The position numbers and the translations under genes are program-made. The notes beneath the pieces were generated by a model. It saw only the letters and a program-made list of their open reading frames with translations. It did not search any database and had not been told where the DNA came from. 64,000 nt of DNA, taken from contig NC_043000.1 in the NCBI RefSeq assembly GCF_006345805.1, positions 51,026,001 to 51,090,000 on the forward strand, written 5' to 3'. Positions 26,871 to 39,118 of this stretch are shown here, piece after piece. Position 1 is the stretch's first letter. The number at the start of each line of letters is the position of its first letter. This DNA is from Octopus sinensis (Eukaryota).

Positions 26871-28045
26871 TTGGAAAGGTAATCCTCTGCAGGCACTCTA
26901 ATGTATTTGAGGAATAAAAGCACTAAAGAAAAAGGAATTAAAAATCCAGGTGAAATCTTTTAAAGAACTCTGTAGAAATCAAACTTTGTTATGTATGCGT
27001 GTATATATATGTTTGTGTGTATACTCATATGCATATCTGTGGGTTTGTGTGGCTGTATAAAAACTGTTTCTATGCAACTTCCTTAATACCACTTGAACAA
27101 AAAATAGTGACATTGTTGATGTTCACCAGTAAACAAAATTCCCATAGATTCAGTGTCATCAGCAATTTCAATGTGTGAGGACCACTGGAAGAAAAACACA
27201 TTACCTGAAAAACAAATGTGTTGATGGCAAGAAGAGCATCTGTCATCAAAATATAAAAAAATAATGCCTCCACATGATTTGTCCAACAAATGTCAGCATA
27301 GACAAAAAATGGATATAAAATCCTTTTCTTACTGCTGCTACTACTACTACTTCTTATAGAAGTTAAACAGGAGTTGGAAATTTTTCTCTTTGAATGGATT
27401 ACAGTTTTTCTATTGTGATAAGGATTTTATTTTCTTCATTAAAGACATTTCGAAAAGTATTGCTACCGTTTTTGTTTTATCTTATTTTGCATCCCTTGTT
27501 TCTCCAATTGTCTGTTACAAATACATTACAGAATCCTTGCATTATGGAAGCACTGAATTCCTGAAAATCTTGCTATATCATGGAGTTCTGTAATGTGAAA
27601 TCTATGTTGCTGAACATCAACATAGAATAGACTTCAATGGGAAAATATTCTTCATTTCTGGATTTCCACTTTGCAATAAGATTTTCATGAGTACAGTACT
27701 TCCATAATGTGTTATAGTTCGTGTATTAAATTGCCAATGTTGCTAGGACTATAATCATTAAAATTTGGTTCTTGTTATATCACCTAAATCAATGTAACAT
27801 AAAGCCAAGTTGGTAATGAAATGGGTGATTTTTCCAAAACTTTACATGTGCCAAACACTTTCCATGTGATTTTGAATATTAACATCTATTTCATAATAGT
27901 AGCACCATATATACTTGAAGTTCCTATGAAGCACCATTATATGCTTAAGTATCAAATAGGGAATGTTGCCATGAATGATATACATAATGAAATATATTGA
28001 GCCATTTGTAGAAACTAGCATTATAATTTTTTTATACCGTGCATC

Positions 28046-28271
28046 TTAAACCATTTATTACTATATTTCTATTGAAATACATTGCCTTTGTATGGATAAA
28101 CTTTGAAAATTTTCCACACTGTAATAAGATAACTTAGTCATTATTATTCTGGTGTTTGGAACATAATATGAAAGTTTGATAGAAATCTTTAATTTAGATC
28201 CCTTTAAAACAGATCATTTATATCACAGAATGAAGGGCAGTCTCAGGTGGGTTATTATCAAAAGAATGCAA
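28046..28271 (-). mobile_element. TTAA-type MITE, second family, old copy
   Basis: Reverse complement aligns with 49394-49622 (cttttgata..., ttgttttaaag.gat.taaa.taaa, acaaaggca.tgtatttcaa). Confidence 0.7.
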
Positions 28272-29361
28272 GCAAAGAAATGTTTAAGTTATATTATATT
28301 CATAGATCTTCTGAGATATGAAGAATATGTTTTTGAATAATGTCATCTTTTGAGTGATGCTGCTAATATGTTAATAAAATTCTTGTGAATCATTGACAGT
28401 TTTTAAAAGTTGATTTTTTGATTAAGCCATTTGGCTTACACAGTTTTGTTTGTCTGTTTTTTCCTTGTTCTTAGATCACTCATTCTTTTGTTTGTTAGTT
28501 TTATGAGTTCTAATTCCAAAATATTCATATGTTTCTTGCTTTGCCAATATAAGGCTTTGACTCATAATATATTGCTCCACTGTTAGAAATCTTATCAAAT
28601 GATTATACTAGAAGTAGTCCTCATAAAGTTTCAGCTAAAGACTTAATTAACTGAAACCGAAGAGTAGCTTCAAAGAAAAATGTTTGAATTTTATAGACAT
28701 TGCTTCTATTTCCTTTCTTCAGAAGATTTTTGTTTATTTCCAGCACATTGTTTTGGTTCCAATTAGCCTTAGTACAGTAGCAACAGCTAATTTTGTCATA
28801 AAAAAAATAAACAAAATGTAAAAGAAGGCAAGTTAAGAAATGATTTTATGAATAAGTAAATGAAATTAACTTCCAAAGTAATATCTCTTGTAAGTAACTA
28901 GCTTATTCTTCCAATTAGCTACACTAACAAGAAAAGATCCAATTTTGACTGGTTATTCTTAATAGCAGAGAAATTAATCAAAAGATCAATTGTCTTTAAC
29001 CTCTCAAGTTTTTTGAATTAGGTTTTGTATTTAGATGATATAATTGTGATATAATTATTATGTTAATAACCATATGATTATTGAAAATTTTAACATTAAT
29101 TTGGTTATTGCAACATCAAAGAATTTCTAAGATTTAAATGTATATACTTAGATAAGAAAATGAATGCAAAGGAATTTTTTTCAATTTAAAGCATACAAAC
29201 TTCAGAAAAAATTAACATACTTTCAAAAGTACAACCACTTTAAAAATAACCACACATCTTTGTATGGTATGCCTATAAAAATTGTTAATAAAAGAAAATC
29301 TTTAATGTTGTTATCTATATCTCTGTCTCTCATCCTAAACCTTTACCATTTTTGGTATAAC

Positions 29362-29578
29362 AAGAGTGGTGTGATGGCAGAATTGTTAGCATACCAGACA
29401 AAATGCTTAGAATCATTTTGTTTTTACATCTTGTGTTCAAATGCTACCATGGTTGACTTTGTCTTTCATCCTTTCAGAATCAATAAAATAAGTACCAGTC
29501 ATGTACTGAGGTCAATGTAATTGATTAACCTCCTCCCAACAAGTTTCAAACCTTGTGTCTATAACTGAAAGGATTATT
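29362..29578 (+). mobile_element. tRNA-headed SINE, family B
   Basis: ggtgtgatggcagaattgttagc...gttcaaatgctaccatggttgactttgtctttcatcctttc...aaataagtaccag. Confidence 0.8.
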
Positions 29579-30183
29579 GGTATAACTGCCATCGTTGTTG
29601 TTATCATCATTAGGAAATAGGTGCTGAAATATTGATATTACGTCAGTTTAGAATTATAGATATAAAAAAATACATTCCTTGATAGTATAAATTCTGGTAC
29701 TATGGCATAATTAGATCTGCTACTCTCAGCAGCACCACCACAATGGGGATATCAACTATTACATGCATGGACTAGAATAAACTACCTTTCCTATTTATGC
29801 AGTAAAGACATTTTCTTATATCAAAATAAAAATTCCTCACCTGCTCTCAAGAAATAAATTAAATCATATTCATTTTACATTAATTTTTCTATGTTTGCAA
29901 GCATTTAATAATATAACCTTTCAGTATTTACTTGTACTTTGGAAATTTCTTTATATTCTCCATGCATTTTAAAGTTATCTACAGCATTTCAGAGATGAAA
30001 TAAGTAAATTACTTGTAATACAAATCAGAAGAAATATTTTTGCAGATATTTCTATGTTATTAAACCTTGTTGTCTATCATTGAATAAAACCAACTCAAAC
30101 CATTTCATTCACATTCATATTCTTTGAAGTAATGATATAGCAGCTGGTTCATGCATAATACATTCCATAAGACTTGTCATATT

Positions 30184-30233
<50 letters not shown>

Positions 30234-30450
30234 TATATCAGTTAGGAAGTAGTTACTCTTAGTCCCTCATGAACCTGTGAGGAATTCTCTTGCTCAGAGT
30301 TCATATATCTTGCATGAAAATATCAGAATCTCTTGCATAAAAGCATCAATACTTTTCTGTTATATTTTTTATCTGGAAAAAAACAAAACAAACAAAAAAA
30401 TCCAACAATTTTATTCTCAGTCACTTGTTTTGTTATGTAACTTTACCAAA

Positions 30451-30840
30451 AGTATGGCTGTGTGGTAAGTAACTTGCTTACCAACCACATGGTTCTGGGT
30501 TCAGTCCCACTGCGTGGCACCTTGGGCAAATGTCTTCTACTATAGCCTTGGGTTGACCAAGGCCTCATGAGTGGATTTGATAGACAGAAACTGAAAGAAG
30601 CCTGTTGTATATATGTATATATATATGTGTGTTTGTGTGTCTGTGTTTGTCCCCCCAACTTTGCTTGACAACCGATGCTGGTGTATTTACGTCTCCATAA
30701 CTTAGCGGTTCGGCAAAAGAATGCGATAGAATAAGTACTAGGCTTACAAAGAATAAGTCCTAGGGTCGATTTGCTCGACTAAAGGTGGTGCTCCAGCATG
30801 GTCGCAGTCAAATGACTGAAACTAGTAAAAGAGTAAAAAG
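30451..30840 (+). mobile_element. tRNA-headed SINE, family A, well-preserved full-length copy
   Basis: tggctgtgtggtaagtaacttgc...gggttcagtcccactgcgtggcaccttgggcaa...ctccagcatggtcgcagtcaaatgactgaaactagtaaaagagtaaaa. Confidence 0.92.
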
Positions 30841-31877
30841 CAAGCGAAACCATTTTGAATATCTAACTTAAGCTATGTAGTTAGTTATTAAAAAGCTTGA
30901 ATTTCAGCCTGTTCATTTTCTTGGAAACACAGAGTTCTAAAATTTTGCTAGAAATTTTGCTCATCTTAAAATCAGTAACAGTGATATGACTGAACAGATT
31001 ATGTAATTCTGTTATAGAGAATATCTATTGTTTTATTAATTTTAATCAGTACTGCATGTGTAATTGAATTCACTCAACAAATGTAAGGAAATATCTATGC
31101 AATTTAACTACGTATTTTCATGTGAATCATATATATATATATAAATACGCATGAAAATTTTGATACACAAACCACAAATTTTTGTTCCACTGCAAATATT
31201 GCATTTTATAGTTGGGTAAATTATTCTTATTTCTTCGAAAACCAATATCATTCACAAAAAATTAATCCTTCATCAAATAATGTTCTTTCTGGTTATATGA
31301 ACATCTATAATGTGTAAAAGAATAAACTTCAACTATCAAGAGAAAGAATTAGAAATGTATTCTTTTCTATAATTAACAAACCCATTCTTGAAGAAGTTTA
31401 TTGAAGATTTGTTGAGATTAGATGAAATATTTTGAATTAATCTGTGATTAAATCTAACAACCTAAATGTAAAAATGTTCTTCCCTATTGTACAACTTTAT
31501 ATATTTTCTCTGCAAAACCAAAAAAGGAAATCCATTTTTGTTTTCTTTCCATTTTTCCATAATATACTGTAAATACTGAGCGTTCAAAATTCTGTTCCAA
31601 TCTATGTCATTAGATATTCAAAACAAATTGTGAGATATTTTGAGTAGTAGCCAAATGTATGTGAAATCTTGGAATAAGATTAGATTTTTATACTACTAGT
31701 TTCAGTTATTGTGTGCGGGAAAGGCTATAAATGTTTATGTATTTAAATTTAAATCACAATATTTGTTCTAAATTAAGTAAATTGTTTCAGTTTTAGAAGT
31801 GCAAATACTAGGCCTCTCATTTACTTACCATTGCTTATGTGTTTGTGTGTACGTTATATATGTGTGTTTGTTTGTGT

Positions 31878-32206
31878 GTGTGTGTATATGCATGCTGGGC
31901 CTCATGAAACAGTGACAAATGACCGAGACCTTTGGCAATATGCTGTGTTTGGGAAGAAAGATCTATTAAGCCAAGTAAAATAATAGTCATGGCAGATACC
32001 AGTGTCATGCAACTGGCACCCATGTCAGTGGCACATGAAAGCACCCATTACCCTTTCAGAGTGGTTGGCAGAGTATCCAGCCAGAGAAACCATGCCAAAT
32101 CAGACTGGAGTCTGGTGCAGCCCCTCAGTTTACCAACTACGGTCAAACCGTCCAACCCATGTCTGCATGGGCAATGGACATTAAATGATGATGATGATGA
32201 TGATGA
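31878..32206 (+). mobile_element. 3' end of RTE-clade LINE (ORF C-terminus, 3' UTR, (GAT)n tail)
   Basis: Translates ETVTNDRDLWQYAVFGK (RTE C-terminal DR..W motif), then UTR ending aaccgtccaacccatg...attaaatgatgatgatgatg. Confidence 0.8.
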
Positions 32207-32209
32207 CTT

Positions 32210-33065
32210 CTCTTTAATGTACCCATTGTTGTGTTTAGCAACTCAATTCATACCTCAAAATCTGAACACTATTGCATTATTGCAATATAGATTGAGAACA
32301 TCAGCAACCTCTTCAAATCCGCCTGTATTTTCCAGTCATTAGCTTCATTCATAAGGCTGAGTTTTGGCTTCCTTTTGTTCTTGCTCCCACACGAGAAATT
32401 ACTGAGGACCACTTGGTGTTAATTCTCAGTGTATTAATACTGTTCCATTACTGTTTTAGTATATCAGCAAAAATACTCAAGACTTAGTTATTCTTCAGAG
32501 ATGCATAATCTCTGTGCTTGTGTCAATCAACAGTCTCTCTCAAGCCCAAACATTAATACTGGCTGCAGGTGTTATCATGTAATCACAATATAATTGACTC
32601 TTTTATTTTTGGTATCATGTCTCACGCTAACTTCCTTTGCTCAGATGTCTGCCATTAAGGCATTGAATACCCAAATTACCAATTTACTCACATGCTTTTT
32701 CTCCCCAACATGGTGAATGACTTTGATCACAATATCTTGCCTACCTTTTTTATATTCTGACAAGAAGTTCAGCTCATATATTCTGCACCATACTGCTCAC
32801 CTTTTACATTTCCAGGTTGGCCTCTGCCATTGCAACGATTTTCCTAGGCTTCATTTTCTTCCTTACAACATTTTCAACTGGGTTGCATGAACAACAATGT
32901 CTACTGACTTCTCTAGCATCGTGTAGCAGCAGGTTTTTGCTAATTTAAATTTCTCCACCAGAGATGTTAAAGGCAGCTAAAATTTCGCATTAGCACTTAC
33001 ACAACCTAATTTCTGTAAATCCCTGTGGGAGACCGAAACCACTGTCATAAAAATCTGTTAGCATT
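32210..33065 (-). mobile_element. Decayed Hero/NeSL-type RLE non-LTR retrotransposon fragment
   Basis: Frameshifted minus-strand translation: GLPQGFTEI, LPLTSLVEKFKLAK, AMAEANLEM, NN*VLSIFADILKQ, SLMNEANDWKIQADLKRLLMF, IEL. Motif order matches post-RT, zinc-knuckle and RLE regions of Hero-like elements (from memory). Confidence 0.75.
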
Positions 33066-33261
33066 TTTTTTTCATTCTCATAGTGTTTCAGACTTAATTT
33101 GAAGTATTCTCACATTCTCTTTCCTTGTAACACTTTGTTGTATTGAAAATGTGATTACCATTAAAACACTGTTATTGATTCACTCTGTTATCTTCCGGTT
33201 CAATGAAAATTTGGGTTTCTGCTCAAAAAAGAAGTTTTAATTACTATTATTATCATTCTAA

Positions 33262-33478
33262 GTACCATAATGATCTGATGACAGAATTGTTAGACGAAAT
33301 GCCTTACAGTATTTCTTCTGAGTCTTCATGTTCTTAGTTAAAATCCCACCAAGGTGAACTTTACTTTTCATTCTTGTAGGATCTATAAAATATAGTACCA
33401 GTCAAGTATTGAGTTTGGCATAACTAAACCCTTCTCACTAGATGGATGACCTTATATATTTTTCAGAAATTGTTAATA
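33262..33478 (+). mobile_element. tRNA-headed SINE, family B, degenerate
   Basis: gacagaattgttagacgaaatgcc...gaactttacttttcattc...atagtaccagtcaagta. Confidence 0.7.
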
Positions 33479-33547
33479 TTACCATCATGATATTCTATAT
33501 TGACTTATGCCCCTTTTATGCTGCTCCATTTTGAATATTGGCTATCA

Positions 33548-33777
33548 CAAGCACATGTACCTTTAACGTAGTTCTCAAGGAGATTCAGCACGACACAGAG
33601 TGGGGAAAGGCTAGCCCTTAGAAATACAGGTACTATTCATTTTTGTCAGCTGAGTGGACTGGAGTTATATGAAATAAAGTGTCTTGCTCAAGGACACAAT
33701 ATGTTGCCAGGAATTGAACTCATGACCTTATGACTGTGAGCTGAACATACTAACCCACTAAGCCATATGTCTTCACA
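33548..33777 (-). mobile_element. tRNA-derived SINE, family D
   Basis: Reverse complement gtgaagacatatggcttagtgggttag...gagttcaattcctgg...ccttgagcaagacactt...ccagtccactcagctg; tail shared with family C. Confidence 0.8.
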
Positions 33778-33789
33778 CACACATACACA

Positions 33790-34005
33790 CACTAATCCCT
33801 ATCACAGGTGTTATGTTCCAAAACCTCCTGCAATAGGTGAAAATCTGCAAAGTAGAAACAGTGCAGTACTGTATATTTTTTTAATATTTTTTTTATAACT
33901 TGTATATATTAATTTTATTATAAATGCAAAAGAACACCATGGAGGAATCAACATACACTTAAATGATAAACCCCGATATGTGAACCATGATATGGTGAGG
34001 GATTA

Positions 34006-34008
<3 letters not shown>
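33790..34008 (+). mobile_element. Tc1/mariner (Tigger/pogo-like) MITE
   Basis: TIRs cactaatccct / agggattactg, followed by TA; second copy at 35259-35376. Confidence 0.75.
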
Positions 34009-34050
<42 letters not shown>

Positions 34051-35258
34051 CATATATGTATGTATCTATATGTATGTAGATTTGTCTAATTTCTGTTTTG
34101 TGATGAGGCCTTGGTCATGGGCAGTTAAAATCAGAGTCTTTGTTTTTGATTTAAGCCTAGAGTTTTTGCACCATCATTAGTTTTCACTCTGCTTTAAAAT
34201 TATTATTTTTTTTTGTTTTAGAATTAGTGGTTATAATCCTATAAGGGATAAACATATCTTTTAAAATATAATTTTGCACATGCTTATAATATAGTGACAA
34301 CAGACTGACATTAGTTTAATTAAATGTATCATGATGGGTGCCATCTGTTGAAGGAATTATTGTTTTTCACTCTATGTTTTACTTAAAGAGTTTTTGTTTT
34401 TGTGTCAGAGACAGATAGATTCCAGCATTAAACTCACACATTTTCTGGAAAATTGGCCAAACGTCTTGCAGCAGCTGGCAAGGGTATTTGAGACAATATT
34501 AAGGAATAAAGCTTACTAAATATATTAGTTGAAGATCTTCTGTAGTTGTATTAGTTTTATCTCTCTCTTTCTTTCTCTCTTTCTCTTTCTCCCAATCACA
34601 CCCATGCATACACACATACGTAAATATCTGTTGATAAACTAACATTTAACACCTTAGTGCAGTTGACCCACCAATCTGTATGACTGACTAACACCAATCA
34701 CACAAAGTCATTAGGTATGAGAAAATAATATACTTCACCAGTGTACGATTCAATTATAACAGTATCTACACACTTCTAAAACAGTTGCATATTGAGCATT
34801 TTGTGTTATTGCATGGAAATGCAAAATGCATGTATATGTATGTGTTTATATATACATATAAGGTGGTCAATTGGAAAACTCATTTGAATATCAGCAAATA
34901 CCCTCAAAGTATTTGATTTCTTCAGATTCTTTGCCTTTTGAGTTCAAATCTCACTAACATCAGCTTTGTTTTTCACCTTCCTGGGTCAATACAAAAATGC
35001 ATCAACCAAGTATTTGGGACAGATTTATTTGTCTCTCTCTGAATAAGATACACAACACTGTGAGAAGGATGTAATGAATCATTCACAGTCTCTCTTTCTT
35101 CCAAGACTACCGCTTATATTCTATCATGGTAGAAAACTTGAGGCTCTTGCAAAATGTTGCACTCACATATACAGTAATTGCTTGCCATATTGTGGTTCAC
35201 CTATCATGCACTCAGGATGTCACAAATTTTTCAGGCTAATATATGTAAATTTATATTG

Positions 35259-35376
35259 CAGACTCCTCAGTATATCTGGGTTTCTGCGGCCAATAAGTAT
35301 TTATATTTCTTTAGATTTTAATTATTTCTGTGGGATGTTTTGCAATGTAATACCTGTGATAGTCGAGGGATTACTG
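35259..35376 (-). mobile_element. Tigger-like MITE, same family as 33790-34008, shorter
   Basis: Reverse complement begins cagtaatccctcgactatcacaggtattacattgcaaaac, homologous to the left end of the 33790 copy; TA at 35377-78. Confidence 0.65.
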
Positions 35377-35971
35377 TACATTAAACATTTTTACACATAT
35401 ATATATTTATGTATTATATATATGTAATCCAGCTCACAGTTCAAAATTGGAATTGTGATGCAGATCATTCTATGCTGTAGGCATCTATTTTGAGTTTCTT
35501 TAATACTAGTGTATTCTATTTATTGTTTTGCATCATGGTTTTTCCCTTTTGTTGAGGGGATATTGGAAGTCATCAATACAGCAAGTAATACATTTATTGT
35601 ATTTAACTTATTCTAGACAACACCTATGTCACTAAATTGCTTTGGGGTAATGTACTTTATATCAAAGTTTCTTTAATTCTGTCTTCTTAGCACACCAGGC
35701 CATTGGGGGTTGTATTTGCAGTTTTAATACAGCTGCCATGATATGTCTTCACACATAGATTTCTTCTTTTCTCCCTTTCATTTTAATGTGTCTTTTTACA
35801 ATTCTTTCAAGGTTGATAAATAAAAGAAGAAATCAATTTATTGACCTATAACTTTATGGAAACTAACAAATTATGCTTTTTGATTTATATAGTGAATGTA
35901 TGCTTTTTTTTCTTTCTGATTTACTCTGTTTATCTTTAGATATTTATCTTTATCTTGCCCAATCAAACAAA

Positions 35972-36004
35972 AAATAAAATAAAATAAAATAAAATAAAAT
36001 AAAA
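35972..36004. repeat. (AAAAT)n microsatellite
   Basis: Direct reading. Confidence 0.9.
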
Positions 36005-37204
36005 CAGATCATATTGTAAGTATTACTGTGTAATAGTTATTGAGAACTAATATTAAGGGTATATCAGTTTGGGATTTGTAAAATTTCACTTGCAATTTCT
36101 TATAGTATTCCTTTTGTCTATTTAAGAAAGAGAATTAGAAGCTCTTCATTTTGAATGAAAAATAAAAAGTGAATCTTAAGGAGACATGGAAGGATTCAAA
36201 TTGATTTCAATATATAAACACTTTTACTTTATTTGAAACTAATTCCTATGCAGCCTATTAATTTGAAGCAGTCTCTCTTTTTGAAAATTAATGACAATTC
36301 ATTACACTAAACGCTGTGTGTATTACTATCAAAACTAAAATCTAGTAACTTTACTGAAAAATCAAGTAGTTGTACTGAGACCCTCAGCTGTGACAGAATT
36401 TGATGTGAAGTTAATTCATTGTGATACATTGTTTTTGTTGTTATAAATTTAGTTGTTGGAGTAAATTTTAGTGTAAAGACATAAAACTATGTTGTTGTGA
36501 AGAATAGAACATAGTGTTGGGATCCTTTGAGTTGACATATTTTTAGTTATTTGGACTTCACACTTTCAAATTGACTCCTGATTTTGTCAAATTTTGCTTT
36601 TGTTTTATCGCATAAAGGAAACAGGATTTTATCATTTCCATATTTTGCATATATATTTTAAAGGGCCCTTTTAACATGCAGATATGCTTCTTGGTAGACA
36701 AAATTATAAAGATAAATTCAAATGTTTAATACTGGTAAGTAGGGTAGTTTTAAAGAAATTTGCAAAGATATTAATTTGATCAAATATTATAATATAAACA
36801 GAAACTATAAAACCAAATTTGAAGTCATTGAGACACATTTGTAGATTGTTGTTGGTAGAATTAGTTATATTGCTGTATTCATAATGGTGAAGAGTTTTCA
36901 TGATAGCTTGATGTATAAGGTGTCTTTAATGTTGACATTTTCTTGGCCAGACACAGATTCTATTTATGATTGCCTTCCTCTTAGCTGAAATTTTGCCAAG
37001 ACCTTCTCAGCTGTGACTGAATTTGAACTGTAGTTAATTCTACACTTACCATTGTGATACTCTATTTTTATTGTAATTAATTCAGCAGCTATGCAGATAG
37101 GTAAGTGTAAAAGACACGAAATTATATTGTTGTGACTAAACACAATTTCAGGACACTTGTGTAGACATACTTTTATCTATTTGGACTTTACAGTTTCATA
37201 ATAA

Positions 37205-37418
37205 CATAGTTATAGATTCTGAGTTCGATTCCAGGCAGTGACCTGAATAATAATAATAATAACAATAATAATAATAATAGCAACATCGAAAAATACCTTA
37301 TGAATGAGAACTCAGGTTCGAAATTTCCCCAAGACACTGATGAAGGCTGTAGGGTATATCAGCTGAAACATGTTAACAACAAAGAAGATGAGAATAAATA
37401 TCCATCAATTGTAAATAA
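37205..37418 (+). mobile_element. SINE-like element with B-box head remnant, (AAT)n spacer and Penelope-type tail containing a decayed hammerhead ribozyme core
   Basis: gagttcgattcc B-box-like motif; CTGATGA (37337-43), GGCTG/CAGCT stem, GAAAC (37365-69). Confidence 0.7.
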
Positions 37419-37431
37419 TTATTATTATTAT

Positions 37432-38031
37432 TATTGAGTGAGAGAGCAGTGTATGCCATCAAAGTGACATTGAGGTACAAATTTACGTAGCCAATATACC
37501 CATCATGACTACCTATCTGATAAGGGTATACCAGGCACATGCATCACAACCATATGTATGTGACATGGTGATCTCACATCAAGATAAACAGTGCATGACC
37601 TTGCAGGTGGGGCCCAGTTAAAATTATCTTCAGGTCGAATTGCCCATCCTGCTCAAAAGGTCCCAGAATAAGATTTGTATTAAGGATGATGAACAAAACA
37701 CCCATGTTTCCAGAGGTGATTTATTCAAACCCTGAAGAATTCCTCTCAACACATGGCTATGCTGCTCCCCAACTACTTCGTCATCCACTAAGGGACATGC
37801 TCAAATTGTTAAGATCAAACAACTGACAAGCAAATCTGTGGTATTAAGCAGATTATTTGCTGTAGCCCGTCCTTTATACCAAGACAGAACAATGTACATT
37901 ATAACACTGTCAATCAGTTAGGATCAAAAGCCATGAGAGCCATTGCCTGGTACCATATCAGGGCAGGCTGGTACTGCATCAGGGCATTGGACAGGCTGGT
38001 ACTGCATCACATCATGGGCAGGCTGGCACTG
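37432..38031. mobile_element. About 550-bp non-coding interspersed repeat anchored on (TTA)n, with tandemly repeated terminus
   Basis: GC-richer block starting at an (ATT)n tract; resembles an abundant octopus repeat (from memory); terminal 21-mer repeated about 4 times. Confidence 0.5.
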
Positions 38032-38709
38032 TTGATGTTGTTGTTGTCATTGTGGTTGTGTTTTTTTCTTCATTAGGTAGAAACAGTTGAAGGTTAATTA
38101 AAGAAGGCTGTTATAATTTAAAAGTTAGAACTAAACTGTCACAATGTGCGAATGATTTAATTTGGAAAAACTTTGGTGGTGTCATTTACAGCTTGTTAGA
38201 ATATATTAGCATGACTTCTTGCAGATTGCTAAGAATACTGGAAAGAGAAGCAATCCACGATATCTGATGCTTATATAAATAATGTGAATTTCAAATCACA
38301 AGTAACCACTTTTCAACCACAGCTAATTCACAAGCACGTACTAATTCTGAATTTATTATTAAAATCATGAACACAGCTGTGACTATAAAATATTTAGCAC
38401 CTTCCTCACCTTTCACAAAAGGCTTCAGTTATCTTTTAATTGATCATATTTTTGTTTATGACATCATCAAATCTAATGAACTAAACTACCAAATAGGTTG
38501 TTTATACTAGATGGCTACTTAAAATGATCAGTGTATGCATCTGATGTTTTGACACAAATTAAACAATTACTTGGTTCTGGATATCAACAGATAAAACAAC
38601 ATAATTTACTCATTATTTGTTTCCTTGTTGTTCATCATAACATTTAATCACTGTCAAAATAAACTGAACAGGTTTTATGTTTATATAGCTGCTGAATGTA
38701 ATGAATATG

Positions 38710-39118
38710 AAGGCAGTGAGCTGGCAGAAATGTTAGCACACTGGACGAAATGCTTAGCGGTATTTCGTCTGCTGTTATGTTCTGAGTTCAAATTCTGCAT
38801 CCTTTCATCCTTTCGGGGTCGATTGAATAAGTACCATTTATGCACTGGGGTCGATGTAATCGACTTAATCCCTTTGTCTGTCCTTGTTTGTCCTCTCTGT
38901 GTTTGGCCCCTTGTGTGTAGTAAAGAAATAGGTATTTTGTCTGCCGTTATGTTCTGAGTTTAAATTCCACCGAGGTCAACTTCGCCTGTCATCTTTTCGG
39001 GGTTGATAAATTAAGTACCAGTTACGCACTGGGGTCGATGTAATTGACTTAATCCCTTTGTCTGTCCTTGTTTGTCTCCTCTATGTTTAGCTCCTTTGTG
39101 GGCAATAAAGAAATAAGA
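38710..39118 (+). mobile_element. tRNA-headed SINE, family B, dimeric (body and tail duplicated)
   Basis: ggtatttcgtctgc...cactggggtcgatgtaatcgacttaatccctttgtctgtccttgtttgtc...aaagaaata occurs twice in tandem. Confidence 0.9.

Noticed and set aside
27531-27593. Ankyrin-like peptide SLHYGSTEFLKILLYHGV
   Set aside because: Lacks the AA..G spacing of the ankyrin consensus, is followed by a stop, and no neighbouring repeats were found.
37945-38031. CRISPR-like repeat-spacer pattern
   Set aside because: Eukaryotic context, units adjacent without unique spacers, no cas genes.
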